In this document: piece by piece, positions 38,839 through 48,135 of the stretch
How the letters are laid out: every line of letters starts with the position of its first letter
How positions within the stretch are numbered: the first letter of the stretch is position 1
From: Alphaproteobacteria bacterium
GTDB lineage: Bacteria > Pseudomonadota > Alphaproteobacteria > GCA-2731375
DNA length: 64,000 bases
NCBI GenBank assembly: GCA_965225945.1
Contig: CBDDBZ010000034.1
Location: 160,001 to 224,000, forward strand
Direction: 5' to 3'
Notes under the pieces: generated by a model
The model's input: only the letters and a program-made list of their open reading frames with translations
Told to the model about the DNA's origin: nothing
Databases searched by the model: none
Position numbers and translations under genes: made by a program

Positions 38839-39750
38839 TCATGCGGCGGGCCTGAGTGACATCGCGGTGTGCCACGCCTGACGAGCTTGAGCGGGGCTCA
38901 GGTAGCCGTTCTTCTCCACGATCCACTGGGCATTGTACTGTTCGACGAACCCGCGGACGGCGTTCCGCAGCTCCGCGATGTTGCGGTAGATGCGGCCATG
39001 GATGATCTGTTCCTTGAGCGTGCGATTGAACCTCTCGGCGACGCCGTTGGTCTGGGGCTGTTCGACGAAGGCGTAGGACGGCTGGATGCCCCAGAACTTG
39101 ATCTGGTTGGTGAAGTGGTCCGACAGATACTGGGAGCCGTGATCCATCCGCAAGGCCAGCCCCCGCGCCGCACCGGCGGAGGTCGAGGCATACAGCCTCG
39201 CAAGCCCCATGGAGATCGGCTGAAGGGCGGCGAAGCGGTCGCCTCGCTTGCACACATGCCAGCCGACGCACTCGGCGTTCCAATGCTCGATGGCGGTGAA
39301 TATCCAGCCCCAGCCGTCGTCCACCGTGAACACCCGAACGCCGTCCGTGCCCCACATGAGGTTGGGGGCATGGGTGATGATCTCACCGACATGGGGATTT
39401 CCGCCACGGCGGCGGCAGCGATGGGGCGAGAGCAGGTTGTTCTCGCGCATCACCCGGAGCACCCGCTTGCGGGAAACACGGATGCCACGACAGACCCGAA
39501 GCCGAGCCCAGACCTTGCGGTGTCCCTCGCCCTCCCAGGGGGATGCCTCCAGGTCGGCCTCGATGGCCACCAGCAGAGCCTCGTCCGAGATCGAGGGCTT
39601 CGGTCCCCGGCGCTTTGCTGGTGGGCGCTCAGCGGTGGCCTGCTGCCGGGATTTCATGGCGTAGAACGAGGAACGGGCAAAACCCCAGGCCGCACAGACC
39701 CGCTGGAGGCCGTAGGCCAAACCCGTGCCGGGAGAGGTGGCGGCACTCAT
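38839..39750 (-). CDS. DDE transposase OrfB
   Basis: Protein identical to 6530-7441. Confidence 0.93.
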   Translation of the reverse strand: MSAATSPGTGLAYGLQRVCAAWGFARSSFYAMKSRQQATAERPPAKRRGPKPSISDEALLVAIEADLEASPWEGEGHRKVWARLRVCRGIRVSRKRVLRVMRENNLLSPHRCRRRGGNPHVGEIITHAPNLMWGTDGVRVFTVDDGWGWIFTAIEHWNAECVGWHVCKRGDRFAALQPISMGLARLYASTSAGAARGLALRMDHGSQYLSDHFTNQIKFWGIQPSYAFVEQPQTNGVAERFNRTLKEQIIHGRIYRNIAELRNAVRGFVEQYNAQWIVEKNGYLSPAQARQAWHTAMSLRPAA

Positions 39751-40157
39751 CGCCGCGACCTCCGCCGCCCCAAAGGGCCGGACGTCTCCGTCTTGGCCTC
39801 CAGCAGTTCCACCTGCATGATCAACTCCCCGATCCGCTTCATGGCGATGTCCAGTTCCGCCTTTACCGGATCGCCCTTGCGTTCCTTGAGCGAGGCATCG
39901 ATCCCGGCGATCGCCTTCTCACGCCACTGCTCGAGCCGGAAAATCTCCACGCCCAACTGCCGCGACAAAAGTTCCACCGGCTCGCCACGCAAAAGCCGCA
40001 GGGCAACCTCACGCTTGCGCGTCACCGTCCACCGCTGGCCAAGTCCCAGCGGGCCTGCCGGCGAAACCTGGCCCGGGGAAAACGTGGACGAGCCAAGCTC
40101 GCCCTCGTTTACCACAGGCCCATCAACAGCAACTTTGTTCTCAAAATTGTCGGTCAT
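39747..40157 (-). CDS. IS OrfA (HTH + coiled coil)
   Basis: RWTVTRKREVALRLLRGE..LEQWRE..KRIGELIMQVELL; AAGGAGG RBS; ATGA overlap with orfB. Confidence 0.85.
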   Translation of the reverse strand: MTDNFENKVAVDGPVVNEGELGSSTFSPGQVSPAGPLGLGQRWTVTRKREVALRLLRGEPVELLSRQLGVEIFRLEQWREKAIAGIDASLKERKGDPVKAELDIAMKRIGELIMQVELLEAKTETSGPLGRRRSRR

Positions 40158-40303
40158 GTTCCGGTCCTCCTTGGACACTTCGATTAAACCAATTCTGTGT
40201 CCAAGGAAATCGGGTCCGACTCATGAACTGATCGTGCGCCTGAATGACCCACCGAATGGTTTCCACACACCCAAGACCCTAAGCAGAAGTTTGGCCGCTG
40301 GCG

Positions 40304-41152
40304 CTAGGCCGGCGTCGCGCCAGATCCGATGATGAACTCAAGCTCAGTTTCGAAACCTGTTTCATCTTGAAACTGTCCAAGACAGTCTCTGACTTCTGCC
40401 CATGCATCAGCCTTTGCATCATCGCTCAAGTCCGCGACGACCGCACGATAGGCACCAGCGGCCTGTTGCATCATCGCCAGCGCGTCGTCGGCCGAAGACA
40501 GGCGAAGTGGCGCCAGCACCGTCGCCATCTTGATGTCGACAAAACCGCTATCGCTCAATAGTCCTTCCAGCACGCCCGGGCCGCCCAGGGCAAATAACCC
40601 AGGTTGCCCGGGCTGGGGAGGTTGCTTGCCGCCATGTCGCAGAAGGATCGCCATGGATTGAGCAAAGAAGGGATTCTTGTTCGGCGTCGTGAACACCAAT
40701 GCCGCAAATCGCGCCTCGGGCTTCAGCACACGTTGAACAGCCGACAGCGCGTTCTGCGGTGAGGCGAAGAGCATGAGACCCAATCGGCTGATCGAAGCAT
40801 CAAATGGCAGCTCTGCGCCGGTAAATTCTTCAGCAGCGCTGCGGAGTGTTTCGACATTGTTCAAGCCGGCCCGTTCAGCGTTCTCACGCACGTGTTTCAG
40901 CATTTCACCGGAGATATCGCAGGCAACCACGCGACCGCTTTCACCGACGCGTTTGGCCGCTTGAAGCGTCTGACTACCGGCACCGCACGCAAGATCGAGA
41001 ACATGCATCCCCGACGCCACGCCGGCCAAGTCGAGCATGGCCCCCGTCACATCGACCAAGTTTCTCGAAAACGCTTCTTCCCACTTTGCCCAACCCGACG
41101 CGGCCGATTCCCAGGTTGCGCGAAGCTCGGACGTGGAAACTTGATCGCTCAC
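40304..41152 (-). CDS. Class I SAM-dependent methyltransferase (UbiE-like)
   Basis: VLDLACGAG, DISGEML, SRLGLM, RVLKP; lower GC than flanks. Confidence 0.9.
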   Translation of the reverse strand: MSDQVSTSELRATWESAASGWAKWEEAFSRNLVDVTGAMLDLAGVASGMHVLDLACGAGSQTLQAAKRVGESGRVVACDISGEMLKHVRENAERAGLNNVETLRSAAEEFTGAELPFDASISRLGLMLFASPQNALSAVQRVLKPEARFAALVFTTPNKNPFFAQSMAILLRHGGKQPPQPGQPGLFALGGPGVLEGLLSDSGFVDIKMATVLAPLRLSSADDALAMMQQAAGAYRAVVADLSDDAKADAWAEVRDCLGQFQDETGFETELEFIIGSGATPA

Positions 41153-41542
41153 CACTGCCTCCAAAGCAAATATGTGCCAAAGATCAATCTAGCAGGCGCA
41201 AAATTCGTTTCCACGCGGTTTCGTGCGATACGGTCCCGATAGTATGAATCGGCCCGAGAAAAACCGCATATGGCTACACCTTTCCGTCCCGGCCACCTCG
41301 GCGCGACGCGCGGACTACCCCCGACAACGGACATCGGGGCCCGGATGGCGCTGTCATCGCGATCGAAGCGTGACGCTCCGCGCTCGCCTCGCCCCCGCCC
41401 GCCGCCTACGCCACGTAACGATGGCTTGCCGGATTTTCGTGGCCAAGCGGGCGCCCGCGCGCTATAGCATCCCCGTTTCCGGCCGCGTCGCCCGATCTGC
41501 CGAGCTCCCCCGCCGCCGCCATTTCCCCGAGGATTGCCACCC

Positions 41543-42517
41543 ATGTCCGAGCAACGCAAGGCCAAGCTCGCCAGCGTCGAGGCGATCCAGGAGGGCCTGG
41601 CCGGCGCCGATTACATCGCCTCGCGCCGGATCGCCACCGCCGTCTTCATCGCCGCGCAACTGCAAAAGCCGATGCTGGTGGAAGGGCCGGCCGGCGTCGG
41701 CAAGACGGAACTGGCGCTGACCACGGCGCGCTGGCTCGAGCTGCCGCTGATACGCATGCAGTGCTACGAGGGCCTGGACGAGGCCAAGGCGCTCTACGAG
41801 TGGAAATACGGCAAGCAACTGCTCTACACCCAGATCTTGAAGGAGAAGCTGGGCGACGTGATCGCCGGCACCAGCGGCCTCGATGGGGCGGTGGCGCGGC
41901 TGCACGAGCAGGCCGACGTGTTCTATTCCGAGGATTTCCTGGAGCCGCGCCCGTTGCTGAAGGCGCTCCGCCAGCCCGAGGGCGCGGTGCTGCTGATCGA
42001 CGAGATCGACAAGTCGGACGAGGAGTTCGAGGCCTTGCTGTTGGAGATCCTCTCCGACTACCAGGTCTCGATCCCCGAAATCGGCACCATCGCCGCGACC
42101 ACGCCGCCCGTCGTCTTCCTCACCTCCAACAACACCCGCGAGATGAGCGACGCCCTGAAACGGCGCTGCCTGCATCTCTTCATCCCCTTCCCCGACGCCC
42201 GCACCGAGGAACGCATCGTCGCCCAGCGCCTGCCCGACATCCCCGAGCGGCTCAACCGCCAGCTGGTTCACTTCATCCAGGCGTTACGCCAGGGCGATCT
42301 GAAGAAGCTGCCCTCGCTCGCCGAGACGCTGGATTGGGCCCGCGTGCTGATGCTGCTGAACGCCGACCAGCTGGAGGTGGAGCTGGTGCGCGATACCTTG
42401 AACGTGCTGCTGAAGTTCGAAGTCGACATCGAGCAGACCGAGGGCAAGCTGGTCGAGCTGACGCGCAAGGCGGCGCGGGAGAGCGAGGGCCGTCTCGGCC
42501 ATGCGGCCAACGCTTGA
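41543..42517 (+). CDS. MoxR-family AAA+ ATPase (CoxD-like)
   Basis: EGPAGVGKTELA, RMQCYEGLDE.KALYEW, LLIDEIDK, SDALKRRCL. Confidence 0.93.
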   Translation: MSEQRKAKLASVEAIQEGLAGADYIASRRIATAVFIAAQLQKPMLVEGPAGVGKTELALTTARWLELPLIRMQCYEGLDEAKALYEWKYGKQLLYTQILKEKLGDVIAGTSGLDGAVARLHEQADVFYSEDFLEPRPLLKALRQPEGAVLLIDEIDKSDEEFEALLLEILSDYQVSIPEIGTIAATTPPVVFLTSNNTREMSDALKRRCLHLFIPFPDARTEERIVAQRLPDIPERLNRQLVHFIQALRQGDLKKLPSLAETLDWARVLMLLNADQLEVELVRDTLNVLLKFEVDIEQTEGKLVELTRKAARESEGRLGHAANA

Positions 42518-43883
42518 ACGCTTCATCCGGGCGCTCCGCGCGAGCGAAGTGCCGGTCTCGGTCCGCGAGGGGCTGGAAGCGCACGAGGTGGCGGCGCTGG
42601 TCGGCCCGACTGATCGCGAGGTGCTGCGGCACGCGCTCGCCGTCACCATGGCAAAGACCGAGGACGAGAAGCAACGCTTCGAGGCTTGCTTCGAGCGCTT
42701 CTTCGCCCGCGAGCGCGTTGACGAGGCGGCGCTGGAAGCCTTCGCGGAGCAAGCCTCCGGAGACCCGGCGGGCGAGCGCGGCGAGGCGGCGGGCGAGGCG
42801 GCGCCGCTCGCCTCCTTGCCGCTCGCCGACATGCTGCTCGCCGGCGACGGCGAGGGAATTGCGCGGGCCATGGAGAGCGCCGCCAACCAGGTCGGCGTCA
42901 GCCTGGTCCGCTTCGTCAGCCAGCGCGGCATCATGGCGCGGCGCGTGCTGGACGAGATGGGGCTGCGCGAGCTGGAGCGGATGATCTGGGAGCTGCGCCG
43001 CCGGCGCGGTGAGCCGGATCTGGCCCGGGCGAACGCGCTGGAGGCCGGACGCAGCTACCTCCTGGGCGAGGCGCGCGAGCTGGTGGCGCGGCAGATCGAG
43101 CTCTACGCGCGCCCCGCCTCGGAGCGGCTGCGCGAGGAGTTCATGGCCGAGGCCCGGCTCTCCAGCCTGGAGACGCGGGACCTCGACCGTATGCAACGTC
43201 TGGTCCGGCGGATCGCGAAGCGGCTGGCGGCGAAGCACACCCGGCGCCGTCGGCGCGCCCGGCGTGGCCGCCTCGACGTGCGCCGTACCATCCGCCGCAA
43301 CGTCGGGCACGACGCCGTTCTCTTCGATCTGGTCTGGCGCCATAAGCGGACAGACCGGCCCCGGGTGGTGGCGATCTGCGACGTCTCCCGCTCGGTCAGC
43401 CAGGCGGCGCGCTTCCTGCTGCTGTTCCTTTACAGCCTGAACGAGGTGCTGGCCGAGGTCCGGGCCTTCGCCTTCTCCAATTCGCTCGTCGAGGTCAGCC
43501 AGACCCTCGACGAGGCCGAGGCGGCGGCGGCGATCGAGGAGGTGCTGGAGCGCATCGGCTTCCGGCCGACGGACTACGGCCGCATGCTGGAGGATTTCGA
43601 CCAGGGCTTTCTCGCTGCCGTCGACCGGCGCACCACGGTGATCATCCTGGGCGACGGGCGCAGCAACTACACCGATCCCCGGCCGGACCTGTTGGAAAAG
43701 ATCTATCGCCGCGCCAAGCGGGTGATCTGGCTGAATCCGGAGCCGCACGCCTTTTGGGGCATCGGCGATTCGGAGATGCCGCGCTACGTCCCCTACTGCC
43801 ACCTGGCCAAGGTCTGCAACACGGTGAAGCATCTGGAGCGGGTGGTCGACGACCTACTGCTCTCGGCCGCGCGCGGCGCCTGA
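42501..43883 (+). CDS. VWA domain protein (CoxE-like)
   Basis: GRLDVRRTIRRN, CDVSRSV, TDYG, LGDGRSN, WLNPEP. Confidence 0.9.
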   Translation: MRPTLERFIRALRASEVPVSVREGLEAHEVAALVGPTDREVLRHALAVTMAKTEDEKQRFEACFERFFARERVDEAALEAFAEQASGDPAGERGEAAGEAAPLASLPLADMLLAGDGEGIARAMESAANQVGVSLVRFVSQRGIMARRVLDEMGLRELERMIWELRRRRGEPDLARANALEAGRSYLLGEARELVARQIELYARPASERLREEFMAEARLSSLETRDLDRMQRLVRRIAKRLAAKHTRRRRRARRGRLDVRRTIRRNVGHDAVLFDLVWRHKRTDRPRVVAICDVSRSVSQAARFLLLFLYSLNEVLAEVRAFAFSNSLVEVSQTLDEAEAAAAIEEVLERIGFRPTDYGRMLEDFDQGFLAAVDRRTTVIILGDGRSNYTDPRPDLLEKIYRRAKRVIWLNPEPHAFWGIGDSEMPRYVPYCHLAKVCNTVKHLERVVDDLLLSAARGA

Positions 43884-43895
43884 GGGACGAGACGG

Positions 43896-44192
43896 TCAGT
43901 CGAAAACGGAATGCACATCGCAGGCGCCATGGAGGATCCGCACGACTTCCACGCCACCATCGAGGGCGCGGTAATAGATCACATAGTTACCGACGGGAAA
44001 GCTCCGCAAGCCGTTCGCCAGCTCGTCGCGCCGTCGTCCACTCTCCGGAAAGGTTGCGAGCGTCGTTCGGCATGCGTCGAGCAGCCTCGGGAGAAATCGG
44101 TCCGCGTTTGCGGGGCTGTCATTGGCGATATATCGCCAGATCGCATCGATGTCGGCTTCGGCCCGGGGCGATAAGCGCACCGGGCTCATCAT
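43896..44192 (-). CDS. RelE/ParE-family toxin
   Basis: LSPRAEADIDAIWRYIA..GRRRDELANGLRSFPVGNYVIYY..VRILHG. Confidence 0.92.
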   Translation of the reverse strand: MMSPVRLSPRAEADIDAIWRYIANDSPANADRFLPRLLDACRTTLATFPESGRRRDELANGLRSFPVGNYVIYYRALDGGVEVVRILHGACDVHSVFD

Positions 44193-44566
44193 TCGGTGTT
44201 CCGCGCCCCCAGGGCCTCCCGCCCCCGCTTCTTTACGCGCTCGATCAAAGCCTCGTCGAACACCTGGCCTTCGCCCCGCGCCAGCTCCGCGAGGCCGACG
44301 TCGATTTCACGTCGAAGCAGGCCGAGTTTTTCGCGGTACTCGGCGCGCAACGCCGTCCAGGCCTCCGGCGTGGCCGTGGGGTTGTTGCGCATGAAATTGG
44401 CGAAGAGCTCCTGCTCGCAAAGCTCCTGGGCGTGGCGTCGTTGCTCCTCGCGGATGAGAGACCGGATGAACTCGCTCGGGTTGCCGAAGTTGCCTTCCCG
44501 AGCCCGCCGCTGCACATAGCGCTTCAGTTCATCAGGCAAGGAGATGTTCATCGTGGTGGTCGCCAT
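44189..44566 (-). CDS. ParD-family ribbon-helix-helix antitoxin (long form, 125 aa)
   Basis: TMNISLPDELK..G.F..SEFIRSLIR; KLGLLRREIDVGL; overlaps toxin start. Confidence 0.88.
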   Translation of the reverse strand: MATTTMNISLPDELKRYVQRRAREGNFGNPSEFIRSLIREEQRRHAQELCEQELFANFMRNNPTATPEAWTALRAEYREKLGLLRREIDVGLAELARGEGQVFDEALIERVKKRGREALGARNTE

Positions 44567-44604
44567 GACTGTCCCCGGTGGATTGGCCGTCACGATATCA
44601 CGGG

Positions 44605-44637
44605 CGTGAGCATTGGCAAAGTTTGCCAATGCTCACG
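44605..44637. promoter_or_regulatory. Perfect palindrome upstream of parD, probable autorepression operator
   Basis: cgtgagcattggcaaa-g-tttgccaatgctcacg, 16-bp arms, ~40 bp before the ATG. Confidence 0.65.
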
Positions 44638-45000
44638 ATCGGAGACGGAGCACGAGCTCCATGAAGAGCGTGTCGGTGATCGGCGTATCGTCGTAGGCGG
44701 CGATTTCGCGAAACCCGATGCGACGGTAGAGGCCGATCGCCCGGTCGTGCTCGCCTGGAATCGTGTCGAGCCGCATCGCCCGGTAGCATCGCCCGGTAGC
44801 CAAGATCGCGCCCGCGGGCGACGATGGCCTCCGCCAGCCGGAGCCCGAGGCCGTGTCCCCGCGCGTCCGGCGCGACGTAGAGCCGCTTCATCTCCGCCGT
44901 CCCCTCGCCCAGATCCCGGAGTGCCACGCAGCCCCGTGCCCGCCCGTCGATTCGCCCGAGCAGCAAGGCGCCCCGAGACCGGCCCGCACATCCAGGGCCG
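44633..45000 (-). pseudogene. GNAT acetyltransferase remnant, copy 1
   Basis: GCVALRDL..EMKRLYVAPDARGHGLG..MRLDT..LYRRIGF; 13-bp tandem duplication at 44773-44798 shifts the frame; N-terminus missing. Confidence 0.82.
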
Positions 45001-45389
45001 TCCGTCACGCAAGGGGAAGTCGACCGGGTGGAAGCCACCGCCCATGCCGAAGCCCGTCCGGGGCAGGCCTCGCGGTACACCTTGATTGCCTTCGGAGAGA
45101 GCCACCGCATGGTCGGCTTCCGCCCCTCCATGGGCTCGGCCGAATGCGAACCGGTCGACCGCCACGGCTTCCATGACCAAGAACGAGCCCCGAGGGAGGT
45201 CCTCGAGTTCATCGAGGGTCGCTATGATCCTCGCCGGCCGTGCTCCGCCCTCGGCCACGGCTCACCGCTCGACCCTCGGCGAGCATTCCCTCGGCACGGG
45301 TTTGCGGCGGGAATGCCGACCGACCTCGCTCGCACACCCCCGCCCCAGCGCGCCGCCCCCTTCATCCCCGGCAAAAAAAGGAGACCCCC

Positions 45390-47366
45390 ATGCCAGGCAA
45401 CGCCATCGTCGAAGAGTACCGATTGCCCGGCGCGCCTTCCACCGAGTGGGACGTGAACGGCTGGGGCGACCCGAGCATCCAAGGCTTCGGCCATGACATC
45501 GGCATCGACCGGGGCGAGACCATCCACTTCAAGATCGAGACCGACTCCCCCGACTACCGGATCGACATCTATCGCATGGGCTATTACGGCGGGCTCGGCG
45601 CCCGGCTGGTCGATAGCATCTTGCCGTCCGTGCCGTTGCCGCAGGCCCAGCCGGAGGGCCTACGCGACCCGGAGACGCATTTGTACGATTGCGGCAACTG
45701 GGCGGTTTCCGCCTCCTGGGAAGCGCCGGCGGAGGCCACGTCCGGCATCTACTTCGCGCGCTTGGTGCGCCAGGACTCGGCCCCGCCCCGCTGGCGCGCC
45801 GACCATGCGCCGGCGCCGCCGGCCGAGGCCCCCGAACCCGTGCCCCACGCCTACGGGGCGCTGGGCCACGGCAAGCTGCGCAACGCACTGCGCGAACCCC
45901 GGGCGAGCCATATCTACTTCGTCGTCCGGGACGACGCCGGCCGCTCCGACATCCTGTTCCAGACCGCCGATACCACCTGGCAGGCCTACAACCGCCACGG
46001 CGGGCACTGCACCTACGGACGGCTGGACCCGGACCACCCCCGCCAGCACGGCGGGCCGCCCAGGGCCTACAAGGTCAGCTACAACCGCCCGATCGAAACC
46101 CGCCACTACCGCGCGGTCAACACGGTCTTCAACGCGGAATACCCCTTCGTCCGCTTCCTGGAGGCGAACGGCTACGACGTCAGCTACACCACCGGCGTGG
46201 ACAGCGACCGGCGCGGCGAGCTGATCCGCAACCACCGCCTGTTTCTGTCGGTCGGCCATGACGAATACTGGTCCGGCCCACAGCGCGCCCATGTGGAGGC
46301 GGCGCGGGACGCGGGCGTCCATCTCGGTTTCTTCAGCGGTAACGAGGTGTTCTGGAAAACCCGCTTCGAGCCGAGCATCGACGGCACTCGCGAGCCCCAT
46401 CGCACGCTCGTCACCTACAAGGAGACGCACGACAACGCCAAGATCGACCCGGACCCGGACGTGTGGACCGGCACGTGGCGCGATTCGCGCCCCTTCAACC
46501 CGGAAGGCCCACAACCCGAAAACGCGCTGACCGGCACGATCTTCACCGTCAACGCCTGGCGCAACGACCCGCTGATCGTCCCGGCGGAATACGCGCGGCT
46601 GCGCTTCTGGCGCGACACTCGGGTCGCGGATCTGAAGCCGGGGGAACGCGCGGTGCTGCCGAAGGGCCTGCTGGGCCATGAATGGGACGAGGATATCGAC
46701 AACGGGTTCCGCCCGGCGGGCCTCTTCCGGCTGTCGGAAACCACGATCGATAATGTGCCATACGTGCAGGATTGCGGCTCGGTCTTCGATTCCGGGACCG
46801 CCACCCACCATCTGACCATGTACCGGCACGCGAGCGGCGCGCTGGTCTTCGGGGCCGGCACCGTGCAATGGGCCTGGGGCCTGGACGAGCACCATGACAC
46901 CGAAACCGGCGTCCCGCCGGAGCGGGTGAATGAAAACACCACCCGCGTCGGCGTCGACCCGAACGGCCCGGACCCGGCCATCCGCCAGGCCACCGTCAAC
47001 CTGTTCGCCGATATGGGCGTGCAGCCGGAAACGCTGGCCCCGGACCTGACGCGCGCCGAGGCCTCCACCGACCAAACGCCGCCGACCTCTCGCGTCGCCG
47101 AACCCGCCGACGGCGCGACAGTGGCGCCAGGGCCGGTACGGATCGCCGGCACGGCCGAGGATCGGGACGGGTGCGTGGCCGGGATCGAGGTGTCGGTCGA
47201 CGGCGGCGCCACCTGGCATCCGGCGGACGGGCGCGAGACCTGGACCTACGCCTGGGTGCCGGCGGCGCCGGGCGCGCACGCGATCCTTTGCCGCGCGGTG
47301 GACGACAGCGCCAACCTGGAGGTGCCCGGGCCGGGCGTTAGGGTGACCGTCTCGGCGGAAGGGTGA
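45390..47366 (+). CDS. N,N-dimethylformamidase large(beta)-subunit family protein with C-terminal Ig-like domain
   Basis: IYRMGYYGG.GARLV, TWQAYN, YKVSYNRP, SVGHDEYWS, GNEVFWKTR, FGAGTVQW, EVSVDGGATWHPA; AAGGAG RBS. Confidence 0.85.
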   Translation: MPGNAIVEEYRLPGAPSTEWDVNGWGDPSIQGFGHDIGIDRGETIHFKIETDSPDYRIDIYRMGYYGGLGARLVDSILPSVPLPQAQPEGLRDPETHLYDCGNWAVSASWEAPAEATSGIYFARLVRQDSAPPRWRADHAPAPPAEAPEPVPHAYGALGHGKLRNALREPRASHIYFVVRDDAGRSDILFQTADTTWQAYNRHGGHCTYGRLDPDHPRQHGGPPRAYKVSYNRPIETRHYRAVNTVFNAEYPFVRFLEANGYDVSYTTGVDSDRRGELIRNHRLFLSVGHDEYWSGPQRAHVEAARDAGVHLGFFSGNEVFWKTRFEPSIDGTREPHRTLVTYKETHDNAKIDPDPDVWTGTWRDSRPFNPEGPQPENALTGTIFTVNAWRNDPLIVPAEYARLRFWRDTRVADLKPGERAVLPKGLLGHEWDEDIDNGFRPAGLFRLSETTIDNVPYVQDCGSVFDSGTATHHLTMYRHASGALVFGAGTVQWAWGLDEHHDTETGVPPERVNENTTRVGVDPNGPDPAIRQATVNLFADMGVQPETLAPDLTRAEASTDQTPPTSRVAEPADGATVAPGPVRIAGTAEDRDGCVAGIEVSVDGGATWHPADGRETWTYAWVPAAPGAHAILCRAVDDSANLEVPGPGVRVTVSAEG

Positions 47367-47419
47367 GGAGCCAGGGAGCGCCGGAAACGTGTCGACCGCC
47401 GGCCGTGGGGAGGCCCGTT

Positions 47420-47620
47420 CCACCCTCGGGGATTCCATGTCGGCGATGACGTTTGCCACGTCCTTCGTGCTTCGGCCGATCCGGTCGATGGACCACGCCA
47501 TCACCACGTCGAACCGCCGCCGATCGGCGGCCTTCCACATACGGTCGAACACGAGCCTCTGTTCGCGCGCCTTCGCGCCCGAAATGTGGTGATCGACGTA
47601 TTCGCCATGGACCCGAGCCC
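47420..47620 (-). pseudogene. Serine recombinase/resolvase fragment
   Basis: EYVDHHISGAK..R..FDRM..RRRFDVVMAWSIDRIGRS; no N-terminal YxRxS and no C-terminus. Confidence 0.75.
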
Positions 47621-47634
47621 ATGGGGTTGATTCT

Positions 47635-47799
47635 CCCCGCGCCAGCTTCGCGAGGCCGACATCGATGTCACGTCGAAGCAGACCGAGCTTCTCGCGGTAC
47701 TCGCCCCGCAACGCCGTCCAGACCTCCGGCGTGGCCGTGGGGGTGTTGCGCATGAGCTCGGCGAAGAGCTCTTGCGCGCAAGGCTCCTGGGCGTGACGA
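47635..47799 (-). pseudogene. Partial second copy of the parD antitoxin
   Basis: Aligns to 44274-44438; MRNTPTATPEVWTALRGEYREKLGLLRRDIDVGLAKLARGE. Confidence 0.85.
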
Positions 47800-47822
47800 C
47801 CCGCGAGGCGCGCCGATACTCC

Positions 47823-48135
47823 CTATCCGCGACGGAGCACGAACTCCATGAACAGCGTGCCGGTGATCGGCGTCTCGTAATAGGCCGGGATCTCGCGAAA
47901 GCCCATGGCGCGATAGAGGGCGATCCCCCGATCGTGCTCGCCTGGAATCGCGTCGAGCCGCATCGCCCGGTAGCCGAGAACCCTGGGACGGGCGACGTTC
48001 GCCTCGGCCAGGCGGATCCCGAGGCCGTGTCCCCGCGCGTCCGGCGCGACGTAGAGCCGCTTCATCTCAGCGAGTCCGGCGCCCAGATCGCGGAGCACCA
48101 CGCAGCCCCGTGCCCGCCCGTCGATTCGCCCGAGG
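47823..48135 (-). pseudogene. GNAT acetyltransferase remnant, copy 2 (5'-truncated)
   Basis: Aligns to 44640-44960; GRIDGRARGCVVLRDL..EMKRLYV..TLFMEFVL. Confidence 0.8.

Larger units (their letters stand above)
38804..40223 (-). mobile_element. IS3-like insertion sequence, copy 2 (1420 bp), 14-bp target duplication
   Basis: Near-identical to 6495-7915; direct repeat tgaactgatcgtgc at 38790-38803 and 40224-40237. Confidence 0.95.
38692..40274. mobile_element. Putative ~149-bp MITE (IS1182-like ends) interrupted by IS3-like copy 2
   Basis: ctggctgtgtgaaaac (38692-38707) versus reverse complement of gtttccacacacccaa (40259-40274), 13/16 match; gacc flanks both sides. Confidence 0.6.

Noticed and set aside
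6495-40223. Composite transposon bounded by the two IS3-like copies
   Set aside because: Each copy has its own distinct 14-bp duplication on both sides, so they inserted independently; the interior holds core genes
45660-47753. 697-aa minus-strand ORF
   Set aside because: Only the first ~110 aa resemble parD and resolvase fragments; the rest is the antisense shadow of the DMFase-like gene
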